Shown here: piece by piece, positions 35,520 to 44,011 of the stretch
How positions within the stretch are numbered: position 1 is the first letter of the stretch
Layout of the letters: every line of letters begins with the position of its first letter
DNA from: Minisyncoccota bacterium
GTDB taxonomy: Bacteria > Patescibacteriota > Minisyncoccia > Phycocordibacterales > JBAYGS01
Direction of reading: 5' to 3'
Length of the DNA stretch: 64,000 bases
Assembly: GCA_041666545.1 (NCBI GenBank)
Contig: JBAYGS010000002.1
Coordinates: 106,395-170,394 of the forward strand
Position numbers and translations under genes: made by a program
Notes under the pieces: generated by a model
The model's input: the letters and a program-made list of their open reading frames with translations, nothing else
The model's database searches: none
Told to the model about the DNA's origin: nothing

Positions 35520-37124
35520 ATGAAAATAAAATCAATAAAAATAAATAATTTCCGCTCAATCAAAGAAGTTGAAATAACTGGACCCCTTGATGATGTGTGG
35601 ACATTCGTCGGTCAAAACAATGCCGGCAAATCATCAGTAATGCATGCAATCAGAGCTTTTTATGGTGAATATGATGTGAAAGCCGAGGACTTTTGCCGAG
35701 CAGATGGTTCCAATAAGCCAATAGAGATTACTATGGAGTATAAGCTTTCCGACGATGAATTCTTACAGCTTCCTGAGCAATACAAATTACCCAATAATAT
35801 TCTTTCTGTAGTCAAAAGATATGCGAGAGATTCTTTGAAGGGTGAATCACACGGATTTACTAAAGATTCGACAACTAGTGAAATAAAGGAAGTAGAGGAA
35901 GAATTTTTTGGAGCAAAAAACGTTGCTGTGGGAAAATTAGGAACGGTTATTTATATCCCCGCTGTTAAAGATTTAGGGGAGGAATTAAAAAAGACAAAAT
36001 CATCCCTATTTTCAAAACTAATAAGTCGAATACTTACAGAGACGCTTACAGACCTTCCTTCGTGGAATAATCTTATTAAAAATACTGAGGAATTTGCGAA
36101 TGATTTAAAGAGTCCAGTTAAAGCGACTGGCGAATTTAGAAGTGTGACTGAGATTGAAGAAAATTTATCAAACCGACTTAGTGGTTGGGGTTTAAAATCT
36201 CAAATAACAATTTCCGCTCCTTCTCCGGAAGACATTATTTTGTCGGGAGCCAAACTAAGATTAATTTCAAATGAAACAGGGGTTGAAGAAGACCCAATGA
36301 ATCTTGGTTCAGGTGCCCAACGTTCGATTGTAAATAACCTACTTCTTTTGTGGGCTGAGATAGAAAGCAAAAAAATAAAGACTGATAAAAAGAAATTTAG
36401 CGGTGAGATAACCCTTCTCTTGTATGAGGAACCGGAGGCACTTCTTCATTATGATCAAGAGTGTAAGTTGTTAAGAAATCTTGAAGATCTTTCTAAGACC
36501 AATAACAGCCAGGTACTTATTTGTACGCATTCACCCAATCTCATTAGTGCAAAAAATGAATCTCTAAAATGTGTATCAAGATTTGTAAAAAATTCTGGTA
36601 TTTCTACTAAGTACAGTGCAACAGAAATTTTTTTGAATAATCTTAAAACAAATGCACCAGATTTTGATTTTGTACTTTGGCTTAACCCTGATCGTAATAC
36701 TATGTTTTTTGTTGATAAGGTTATTCTAGTGGAAGGCCCATCTGATAAAGCCTTCTTAAATTATCTTACGAGAGAAAATAGCCTTGATAAAAATTCATAC
36801 ATAGTTGATTGTGGGAATAAAAGCAACTTGCCTAATTTTATGAAACTATGTGAGCAGTTTGGCATCAAGCATTCCGTTATGTTTGATAAAGATGGTGATA
36901 CTTCAGCAAACCATAAAGCTTGGAATAAAGCTGTTGTAGATGCAAAAAATTTATTCACCGTAGACATTAAAGACTTCCCGATAGACCTTGAGACGTATAT
37001 TAGATTTGATAAAGTTCCAGTTACAGGCAAGTTTAAAAAACCTCTTGAAGTTCTACGCCAGTTAAAAGAAGGTAAACTGTCTGTTGTTCATAATACAGAA
37101 TTTGTAACTTTTTTAAATAACTAA
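35520..37124 (+). CDS. OLD-family (overcoming lysogenization defect) ATPase-Toprim nuclease
   Basis: N-terminal ABC-type ATPase (MKIKSIKINNFRSI...VGQNNAGKSSV Walker A). C-terminal Toprim with VILVEGPSDKAFL (catalytic E) and DKDGD (DxD). Confidence 0.7.
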   Translation: MKIKSIKINNFRSIKEVEITGPLDDVWTFVGQNNAGKSSVMHAIRAFYGEYDVKAEDFCRADGSNKPIEITMEYKLSDDEFLQLPEQYKLPNNILSVVKRYARDSLKGESHGFTKDSTTSEIKEVEEEFFGAKNVAVGKLGTVIYIPAVKDLGEELKKTKSSLFSKLISRILTETLTDLPSWNNLIKNTEEFANDLKSPVKATGEFRSVTEIEENLSNRLSGWGLKSQITISAPSPEDIILSGAKLRLISNETGVEEDPMNLGSGAQRSIVNNLLLLWAEIESKKIKTDKKKFSGEITLLLYEEPEALLHYDQECKLLRNLEDLSKTNNSQVLICTHSPNLISAKNESLKCVSRFVKNSGISTKYSATEIFLNNLKTNAPDFDFVLWLNPDRNTMFFVDKVILVEGPSDKAFLNYLTRENSLDKNSYIVDCGNKSNLPNFMKLCEQFGIKHSVMFDKDGDTSANHKAWNKAVVDAKNLFTVDIKDFPIDLETYIRFDKVPVTGKFKKPLEVLRQLKEGKLSVVHNTEFVTFLNN

Positions 37125-37137
37125 CTTTTTCATTTCG

Positions 37138-38535
37138 ATGACAAAAATGTATCAAACAAAAGAGCAAGTTTTGGAGAAAGCAGAAACAATTTTGCATAAA
37201 TCTTTGCGTAGAGCTATCTCTACAGAAGCAATCGGAATTATTGAGGCCCAAATTGGAGAATACGGAATGAAGCGCAAAGGCTTCTTGGGTGATTTGGTAG
37301 AAAAATACTTTTTCGACATTAATCCAGGAAATATTAGCGAGCCAGATTTTAAAATTGCAGAAGTTGAACTTAAAACAACTCCGCTAAAGAAACATAGCAA
37401 TAACAAATTGGTTTCAAAGGAAAGATTAGTTTTTTCGATGATTAACTACGACACTGTTGTAAATGAAACATGGAAGCTAAGCTCTTTCTTGAAGAAAAAC
37501 AAGTCACTGTTATTAATGTTTTACTTATGGATAGAAAATAAGAGCATTCTTGATTATGAATTTAAATTTGTTCATTTATTGAATTTACTAGAAGATATTT
37601 CCAATGAGGATGTTTTTCAAATTCAGAAAGATTGGGAGTATATTGTTTCTAAAATAAAACGAGGAGAAGCGCATCTTCTATCTGAAGGCGATACCTATTA
37701 TCTTGGTGCTTGTACGAAGGCTGCGAACAGTAGAGTTGTAAGAGACCAGCCAATGAATCGTGCACCTGCAAAACCTCGTGCATTTTCCTTCAAACAACAA
37801 TATATAAATTACCTAATTAAAACAAAACTACTTGGCGAAAAAACAAATACGGATTCAATTTTTAAGAAACAGAGACGGATTGAAACCATCGAAGATTTAA
37901 TTAAGGAAAAATTTTCTGCATTTATAGGAAAAACTGATAAAGAGATACTTAAGAAACTTGGCTCAAATCTTGGCACAAAAGCAAAAAGTTATAAGAGATT
38001 GATTGTTAATAGGATTCTTGGTGTTAATTCAAATAATATTGAGGAACTAGAAAAGGCTAATATAACTCTTAAAGTAATAACACTTGAATCTAGTGGAACA
38101 CTCAGGGAATCTATGTCATTCCCTGCGTTTGATTATAAAGATTTAATGATCCAAATTTGGAATGATGACGAAGAAGAATCAATGGCTGATTTTCACCTGC
38201 AACTTGAGACTAAAAAATTCTTATTCGTTGTGTTTCAAAAACAAAAAGGAAGTGGTGACATACTACTCAAAAAAACTATGTTTTGGAATTTCCCAATGAA
38301 AGATATTGCTGAAGCAGAAAATGTTTGGAAAAAAACTGTTGATTGTATTAATGATGGAAGATATGACGAATTACCAAAAATTAAAGATAGTAAGGTTGCA
38401 CATGTTCGCCCGCACGGGAAAGATTCTACGGACACAATAGAAACACCTCAAAAAACATTAGAAATGAAGCGCTGTTTCTGGTTAAACGCTAAATATATAC
38501 AGCAAGCCATAGAAAACAGTCAAGATCAAGATTGA
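37138..38535 (+). CDS. Sau3AI-family type II restriction endonuclease (MutH-like catalytic N-domain + duplicated C-domain). GATC specificity is inferred by homology, not seen directly.
   Basis: MutH/Sau3AI catalytic motif KGFLGDLVEKYF...PDFKIAEVELKTTP. Extended collinear similarity to R.Sau3AI (KERLVFSMINYD, GEAHLLSEGDTYYLGACTKAAN, PRAFSFKQQY, ESMSFPAFD, KKFLFVVF, AHVRPHG). Confidence 0.75.
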   Translation: MTKMYQTKEQVLEKAETILHKSLRRAISTEAIGIIEAQIGEYGMKRKGFLGDLVEKYFFDINPGNISEPDFKIAEVELKTTPLKKHSNNKLVSKERLVFSMINYDTVVNETWKLSSFLKKNKSLLLMFYLWIENKSILDYEFKFVHLLNLLEDISNEDVFQIQKDWEYIVSKIKRGEAHLLSEGDTYYLGACTKAANSRVVRDQPMNRAPAKPRAFSFKQQYINYLIKTKLLGEKTNTDSIFKKQRRIETIEDLIKEKFSAFIGKTDKEILKKLGSNLGTKAKSYKRLIVNRILGVNSNNIEELEKANITLKVITLESSGTLRESMSFPAFDYKDLMIQIWNDDEEESMADFHLQLETKKFLFVVFQKQKGSGDILLKKTMFWNFPMKDIAEAENVWKKTVDCINDGRYDELPKIKDSKVAHVRPHGKDSTDTIETPQKTLEMKRCFWLNAKYIQQAIENSQDQD

Positions 38536-38566
38536 TCTTTTTATCTCTATTTGTTAGAATGGGAAC

Positions 38567-39982
38567 ATGAAAAGAATTCGAGTTGTTGAACTGTTTGCAG
38601 GCGTAGGTGGCTTTCGTGTTGGTTTGGAGACTGCTACAAGAAATAATGGGCACATCAGGTATGAGGTAGTTTGGAGTAGTCAGTGGGAACCGGGTGCAAG
38701 TACTCAGCATGCTTCTCAAATCTATGAAGTAAATTTTGGTAAAGATGGACACTCGAATGAGGATATTCAAAAAATTATTGATAATAAATTCCACGAAATT
38801 CGAGACCATGATCTTTTAGTCGGAGGATTTCCTTGTCAAGATTACTCAGTAGCTAGGACATTAAGTCAGGCGAAGGGCTTAGAAGGGAAAAAGGGTGTTT
38901 TGTGGTGGTCAATATACAATATTCTTCAAAGGAAAGGTAAAAAGGCCCCTTCGTTCCTTTTATTGGAGAACGTCGACCGTCTGCTCAAATCCCCATCAGT
39001 ACAAAGAGGTCGTGATTTTGCTGTGATGCTTTCCTCACTTAATAATTTGGGCTATGCCGTTGAGTGGAGGGTCATAAACGCCGCAGAATACGGGATGCCT
39101 CAAAGAAGAAGGAGAGTCTATATTTTGGGCTATAAAAAAGGCACGGAAATTTATAAAAATCTCGAAGCGCAAGAAGATAAGGAAAGATGGATAAATAAAG
39201 ACGGGGTTACCGCCAAGGCTTTTCCGGTAAAAAATATAGTCCTAAATAAAAATAAATTCACATTGGAAAAAGATCTCGTAAAATTAACTAAAAATTTTTC
39301 AATGGGCAGTCCCCAAAAAAGTCCTTTTGAAATTTCTGGCATCATGATAAATGGTGAAGTTTATACGTACAAAGTTACCCCTGATTATGACGGCAAATTT
39401 ATTATTTTGAAGGATATTATTGAGCCGGATGAGAAAAAAATACAAAAAGAATTTTTCATTGATAAAAAAGATTTGCCAACATGGAAATATTTGAAGGGAG
39501 GGAAGAAGGAGGCCCGAAAAAGTAAGGGAGGTTTTACCTATGATTATTCAGAAGGCTCTATGGTCTTTCCCGATTCTCTTGAAAAGCCGTCCCGAACAAT
39601 TGTGACCGGTGAAGGAGGTATCTCACCTTCCAGATTCAAGCATGTGATAAAAACAAAGACCGGTAAGTTGCGTAGATTGACCTCAGAGGAGCTTGAGAGG
39701 TTGAATATGTTTCCGGAAGGCCACACAAAATTTATGCATAACGGGAAGATTACTCCAGATACAAAGAGGGCGTTTATTATGGGAAATGCGTTAGTTGTCG
39801 GTGTCATTGAAGGTCTTGGCAAAGCTCTGATTGAATTTATAAACAAGAAGCCAAAAAAGGGCAGGATGAGTGGAAAAAGGAAAAAATATTTAAGGGGCGA
39901 ACGCTCGCCACAACCACTAGGTGAAGATGTCCCCAAGAGGCTCGTGAGAACCGTTCTTGTGAGGGGGACATATTTAAGTTAA
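38567..39982 (+). CDS. DNA (cytosine-5)-methyltransferase (cognate M of the Sau3AI-like system)
   Basis: Motif I ELFAGVGGF, motif IV GGFPCQDYSVA, motif VI ENV, and a variable target-recognition domain. 471 aa. Confidence 0.9.
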   Translation: MKRIRVVELFAGVGGFRVGLETATRNNGHIRYEVVWSSQWEPGASTQHASQIYEVNFGKDGHSNEDIQKIIDNKFHEIRDHDLLVGGFPCQDYSVARTLSQAKGLEGKKGVLWWSIYNILQRKGKKAPSFLLLENVDRLLKSPSVQRGRDFAVMLSSLNNLGYAVEWRVINAAEYGMPQRRRRVYILGYKKGTEIYKNLEAQEDKERWINKDGVTAKAFPVKNIVLNKNKFTLEKDLVKLTKNFSMGSPQKSPFEISGIMINGEVYTYKVTPDYDGKFIILKDIIEPDEKKIQKEFFIDKKDLPTWKYLKGGKKEARKSKGGFTYDYSEGSMVFPDSLEKPSRTIVTGEGGISPSRFKHVIKTKTGKLRRLTSEELERLNMFPEGHTKFMHNGKITPDTKRAFIMGNALVVGVIEGLGKALIEFINKKPKKGRMSGKRKKYLRGERSPQPLGEDVPKRLVRTVLVRGTYLS

Positions 39983-39991
39983 TAATTTATG
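39939..39991 (+). repeat. 52-bp direct repeat DR-left (hairpin + GGGGG RBS + ATG)
   Basis: GCTCGTGAGAACCGTTCTTGTGAGGGGGACATATTTAAGTTAATAATTTATG is about 90% identical to 41766-41818. Confidence 0.7.
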
Positions 39992-40510
39992 AAAAAAGGC
40001 AAAGAAAAAGTTTTGGCAGGGATTGTTTTGAAATACTATCGTCTCTCCGATAAAAATGAAAAACCGGAAGGCGGACCCTCTGGAATTACTTGCGCGTATT
40101 GCCTCCTCCAAAATATTGTGCATATCGGCAGTGGTTTTAAGGACAAGAAGGGTAAGATCCATCACATCTGTGAACGATGCGCGGTAGAGGCCTATCGCAA
40201 GGAACATGGTTTTAAGACTTTGGCTGTGGCCGAGGCTAGGCGGAGGCGAATGTTTGATGTTGGGTATCTCTTCAACGAGATATTAGTTGACGAGTATATG
40301 AAGATTAAAGGGATTAAAGACTCTAAAAGTCTCGGTGAAAAAATTAATGATATTTTTGTCAGAGCTCCGGAATTGTATAACTATCTATTCAGTAAGGAGG
40401 AGAAAGTGAGGATTGAGGAAATCGAAGTTCAAGCTGAAATTGAAGCAGAATTAAGGGGAAAGATTGGAATTGTTGACCTTAAGCAGTTTTTCATTGAGGT
40501 CGGGTTGTAG
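39989..40510 (+). CDS. hypothetical Cys-rich protein (173 aa, CxxC...CxxC zinc-ribbon-like)
   Basis: Last gene of the radC-old-R-M operon. CAYC and CERC pairs. Followed by a 12-bp-stem GC hairpin at 40513-40540. Confidence 0.35.
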   Translation: MKKGKEKVLAGIVLKYYRLSDKNEKPEGGPSGITCAYCLLQNIVHIGSGFKDKKGKIHHICERCAVEAYRKEHGFKTLAVAEARRRRMFDVGYLFNEILVDEYMKIKGIKDSKSLGEKINDIFVRAPELYNYLFSKEEKVRIEEIEVQAEIEAELRGKIGIVDLKQFFIEVGL

Positions 40511-40618
40511 TTTTTGGCCCCGCCGTGTCCCACGGCGGGGCCTCACTGGGCCGATAGGGCAATAATATCTGTATTCTAAGGCCCGCATTTTGGATGTCAA
40601 GTTATCAACAGAAATTGC

Positions 40619-41359
40619 TTGATTTTTTTACAAGTTTTGTATATACTTTTTGGTATGACCAACAAGTATATACAAAAAATTAAGGAATTTCGTCTTAAAA
40701 AAGGTCTTTCTCAGGAACAAGTCGCGCAAGCTATCGGGGTCTCCCGCCCGACGTATACGGCAATTGAAGCTGGGAAAAAACAGAATCTCGATCTTGATGA
40801 GGCTCAAAAGCTTGCTAACTTTTTTGGAATCGGCTTGAACGAGCTAGTCTCTGGAACAATAGAAAATGTTGAGAAATATAAGCAGATGATACTTGCTTAC
40901 CTTAGGATGAACCTTTCAATTTCTAGAAATGGAAGGGTTACAAAGACTAAGCTTGCCAAACTTCTTTATTTTGCAGATTTTGCGTGGTTCTATGACCATC
41001 TAGAAAGTATGAGTGGAATGCAATATAAAAAATTTGCCTACGGTCCGGTGCCCGATACTTTTTTTCGTGTTCTCGATGAGTTGGAGGAAGATGGAAAAAT
41101 TAATATTGAAAGGAAGAAAGAGGACGGAAAGGATGTTTTCTTAATTACGGAATCGGAAAGTAATAAAAATGAGAAAATTACAACTATCTCTGCCGAGGAA
41201 AGGAAGTTGATGGAGAGGATTGCCAAAAAATGGAGAGGCAAAAACACTCAAGATATTGTTACTTTTACGCACAATCAATTTCCTTACACTGTTTGTCGAG
41301 ATAATGAAGTGATACCTTATGAATTGATAACCCAGGAAGACGCCGATAAGGTGTACTGA
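40619..41359 (+). CDS. XRE-family HTH protein fused to a Panacea (DUF4065, SocA-like) antitoxin domain
   Basis: HTH_XRE (LKKGLSQEQVAQAIGVSRPTYTAIEAG). C-terminal KTKLAKLLYFADFAWFYDHLESMSGMQYKKFAYGPVPDTF matches the Panacea/DUF4065 signature (KLxKLLYxxD...G.....GPV). Confidence 0.55.
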   Translation: MIFLQVLYILFGMTNKYIQKIKEFRLKKGLSQEQVAQAIGVSRPTYTAIEAGKKQNLDLDEAQKLANFFGIGLNELVSGTIENVEKYKQMILAYLRMNLSISRNGRVTKTKLAKLLYFADFAWFYDHLESMSGMQYKKFAYGPVPDTFFRVLDELEEDGKINIERKKEDGKDVFLITESESNKNEKITTISAEERKLMERIAKKWRGKNTQDIVTFTHNQFPYTVCRDNEVIPYELITQEDADKVY

Positions 41360-41364
41360 TTGAA

Positions 41365-41766
41365 ATGGTCATGCAAGGTAATTATTCCGTACGGATTGAG
41401 AAATATGCTGAAAGGCACTTCATAAGTAGTTTCGCTAAGAAGTATAACCAGCATTGGGATGTCACGCTTAGAGCGATTGTTTTTTCGCTTGAGCATATAG
41501 ATTCACTGCTTCTCACCGATAAGGCCGAGACGATATCTGATGTCGATGGCGTAAAGATAATTAAGATGAAGTTTACTGTGGCCAAAAGTGGAGAATCGGC
41601 TAAGTCCTCTGGCAATAGGTGTATTGTTGCCTGGCATAAGGACAAGCAGTTCGTGTCCGTATTGCTTGTATACGGTAAGACGGACTTAAGTGGTCATAAC
41701 GAGACTGCGGAGTGGAAAATGCTGATTCGAGAAAATTACCCAGAGTATAAAGAGCATTGCAAATAG
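41365..41766 (+). CDS. small hypothetical protein (133 aa) encoded immediately after the Panacea-like gene; candidate cognate toxin, family unknown
   Basis: 6-nt gap after the Panacea gene. No recognisable catalytic motif. The C-terminal RCIVAWHKDKQFVSVLLVYGKTD only loosely resembles the RelE/ParE-fold C-terminus. Confidence 0.3.
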   Translation: MVMQGNYSVRIEKYAERHFISSFAKKYNQHWDVTLRAIVFSLEHIDSLLLTDKAETISDVDGVKIIKMKFTVAKSGESAKSSGNRCIVAWHKDKQFVSVLLVYGKTDLSGHNETAEWKMLIRENYPEYKEHCK

Positions 41767-41818
41767 GCTCGCAAGAACCGTTCTTGCGGGGGGGACATAT
41801 TTAAGTAAACAATTTATG
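41766..41818 (+). repeat. 52-bp direct repeat DR-right (hairpin CGCAAGAA-CCGT-TTCTTGCG + GGGGGGG RBS + ATG of the denV-like gene)
   Basis: Copy of 39939-39991. The two repeats bracket a 1.83-kb three-gene cassette. Confidence 0.7.
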
Positions 41819-42169
41819 CGCGTCTGGGACATACACCCAAAACATTTATGCAGAAAGCACCTGCTGGGAGAACACCGGGAGCTTCATGGTCTTTGGAATA
41901 TTTTGACCAAACACGGCGGTAAGGGCGGGTATTCTCAGCATCCGGAAACTAAAAGGTGGGTAGGGAAAACTCGCGCGCTTTTTGGTAGACATCAAGCGTT
42001 GGTAAAAGAGATGGAGAAGCGAGGCTATAAGCATCAGTCATTGCTTGATAGGAAACTTGCAAAAGGTAAAGGTGGTCAAATTGTTTTTATAAATACCATC
42101 AAGGAGCAAAGAGTGATATTGAGAAACAAGCCTTGCGAGTGCTTTGCTCTGCATCATCGGAGTAAGTGA
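41816..42169 (+). CDS. pyrimidine dimer DNA glycosylase (T4 endonuclease V/denV-like, Pyr_excise family)
   Basis: MRVWDIHPKHLCRKHLLGEHRELHGLW...GYSQHPETKRW matches the conserved N-terminal region of the bacterial denV-like family. Confidence 0.55.
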   Translation: MRVWDIHPKHLCRKHLLGEHRELHGLWNILTKHGGKGGYSQHPETKRWVGKTRALFGRHQALVKEMEKRGYKHQSLLDRKLAKGKGGQIVFINTIKEQRVILRNKPCECFALHHRSK

Positions 42170-42254
42170 GGGGATGTGACAATTTAGGGTAAAAGAGATA
42201 AAGGGGGTCGGGCGTCATTGTTGCAACCTTCCGAAGAAAAGATTTGGAATAATC

Positions 42255-42896
42255 ATGGCTAAGTCTGTTTGTGCTAAAATGGGGCTTATGTCCGACGAAC
42301 AAACACAAACTCCGACCGACACCTCAATACCTCCGCCTGAACCGGAAGTAGTAACCCCAAGCTCCGAAATGGCCCCACCTGAAATTGCACCTGAAGTGGG
42401 GGCGCCAAGTGGAACATTGGCGCCTGAGGGGCCGTCTGGGGCCGTGGGAGGCTCTGGGGAAAGCGGAAATTTGGAGGGGGTGAAAGATATCATTTCGAGT
42501 TCGGATTTGCCGGTGGGCCAACCTTTGGCCGAGGTGGCTTCCGCCCCGCCGACTTCGGAGGCGGCGGGGCCGGCCCCAGAGGTTTCTGCACCTGTTTCAG
42601 TTCCGATTTCAGGCCAGAATGCAGCTCTGATTAATCGGGGCAATTTGCCGAAGGCTTGGGCCAAGATTCAAGAGACCAAGAGTAGGAAACTTGAAAAAAT
42701 TATGGCGGCACTTGATGGAAAAGTCCCCACTACGCTAAAGCTACGCGGGGCAGGCAAAATTTCAAATGACGAAGCAGAGAAATTGCTTCGGGTATCTGAT
42801 GCTACGGCAACGAGGTATCTTGAAGTGTTGGAAAGGGAGAACCGGATTAGGCAAGTTGGAAAGATCGGTCAAGGTGTTTTCTACGAGAAAATTTAG
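42255..42896 (+). CDS. Pro/Ala/Glu-rich protein with C-terminal winged-helix DNA-binding domain
   Basis: Low-complexity PEPE/APE repeats, then ISNDEAEKLLRVSDATATRYLEVLERENRIRQVGKIGQGVFY (wHTH-like). Confidence 0.35.
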   Translation: MAKSVCAKMGLMSDEQTQTPTDTSIPPPEPEVVTPSSEMAPPEIAPEVGAPSGTLAPEGPSGAVGGSGESGNLEGVKDIISSSDLPVGQPLAEVASAPPTSEAAGPAPEVSAPVSVPISGQNAALINRGNLPKAWAKIQETKSRKLEKIMAALDGKVPTTLKLRGAGKISNDEAEKLLRVSDATATRYLEVLERENRIRQVGKIGQGVFYEKI

Positions 42897-42908
42897 TATA
42901 TTGAGGAC

Positions 42909-43268
42909 ATGAAAATAAAAGGAACTGATTTTGTTTTATACAATGTGACTGATTATGAGCGAGCGGTTAAGTTTTACCGTGATGTGTTGGGACTCAAATT
43001 TGTCAGCGAATATGGTGGATACTGGGGAGAGTTTGATGCCGGAAATGTTGTTCTGGCAATCCACGCAAACAAGCAACCAATCAAAGGCGGCTCAGCGGTA
43101 GCTTTGGCCGTTGATGATGTTGATAAATTTGTCAAAACCCTGAAGGATAAAGGAGTAAAAATCAGCGAGGAGCCGAGCGAGACTGAAGTGTGTTTTATAG
43201 CTACGATTTGCGACCCGGACAATAATGAGATTATTCTCCATCAGAGAAAAGATGGAACTGTAGGCTGA
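42909..43268 (+). CDS. VOC/glyoxalase-bleomycin-resistance family protein
   Basis: 119 aa with paired beta-alpha-beta-beta-beta modules (VLGLKF...AIHANK...). Confidence 0.7.
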   Translation: MKIKGTDFVLYNVTDYERAVKFYRDVLGLKFVSEYGGYWGEFDAGNVVLAIHANKQPIKGGSAVALAVDDVDKFVKTLKDKGVKISEEPSETEVCFIATICDPDNNEIILHQRKDGTVG

Positions 43269-43299
43269 AGTTGTTGGAAAAAATTTAAGGAATAAACAA

Positions 43300-43845
43300 A
43301 TGGAAATTAAATTAGGCACACTAAGTTTTCTTTCAGCTGCCACACACAAGGATTTACTAGCCAATTCTACCGCTCAAACGCTGTTAGCTTTGCCGCAACA
43401 GGGGGCGGTGGGTGTGGTAGAGATTGACCCGTCATTTTCTGATACAGCTCAATTCTGTCAAAAATATAAAAATGAAGCCGGAATAGTAGCTAATTGTGTG
43501 ATTCTAGAGGCGAAACGAGCCGAAAAAGTTTGGTACGCAGCTTGTGTGATTTTAAGTAATACTCGAGCGGATGTGAATGGCTTGGCTAGACGGACTTTGG
43601 ATGCCCGCAAGGTTTCCTTTGCCCCAATGGAACTTGCGGTAGAAAAAACTCGCATGGAGTATGGTGGAATTTGTCCAATTGGGTTGCCGAATGACTGGCC
43701 GATTTTGATTGATAAAGCTGTGGCAGATTTAGACTACGTAATTATCGGGAGCGGGATTAGAAAATCGAAAATTGCAGTTCCGGGGGAAATTCTTGCTTCC
43801 TTACCTAATGCTCAAATTCTGGTCGGCCTCGGGCAATCAAAGTAG
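43300..43845 (+). CDS. YbaK/ProX-family aminoacyl-tRNA deacylase domain protein
   Basis: C-terminal MEYGGICPIGLPNDWPILIDKAV matches the YbaK GGxSPxG...P...D motif. Confidence 0.55.
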   Translation: MEIKLGTLSFLSAATHKDLLANSTAQTLLALPQQGAVGVVEIDPSFSDTAQFCQKYKNEAGIVANCVILEAKRAEKVWYAACVILSNTRADVNGLARRTLDARKVSFAPMELAVEKTRMEYGGICPIGLPNDWPILIDKAVADLDYVIIGSGIRKSKIAVPGEILASLPNAQILVGLGQSK

Positions 43846-43851
43846 TTTCAA

Positions 43852-43925
43852 ACGGCTCACTTCTAAAGCCGAACGGCTCATTTAACGGTTAAATGAGCCG
43901 TTCGGGTATTTGGGTGAGCCGTTGG
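43852..43925 (+). repeat. ~60-bp repeat with a perfect internal palindrome (CGAACGGCTCATTTAACGGTTAAATGAGCCGTTCG), copy 1
   Basis: Second copy at 45083-45140. Each is followed by a GC-rich hairpin (CCCCGCCACAC...GTGTGGCGGGG, and GGCCCCGCCGACGGGGACGGCGGGGC). Confidence 0.6.
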
Positions 43926-44011
43926 TTTCTGGAGAGACCCCGCCACACTCTTTGGCCCCGTGTGGCGGGGTCGGGTGTGAATGGTGGCGCCCTATGATAT
44001 TCTTTGTGAAT

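Noticed and set aside
37138-38535. Reading the MutH-like gene together with the OLD gene as a Gabija-like two-gene system (GajA/GajB)
   Set aside because: The downstream partner is not a UvrD-like helicase. It is collinear with R.Sau3AI and is followed by a C5 methyltransferase, so a canonical type II R-M assignment is the simplest explanation. The OLD coupling is kept as a separate finding.
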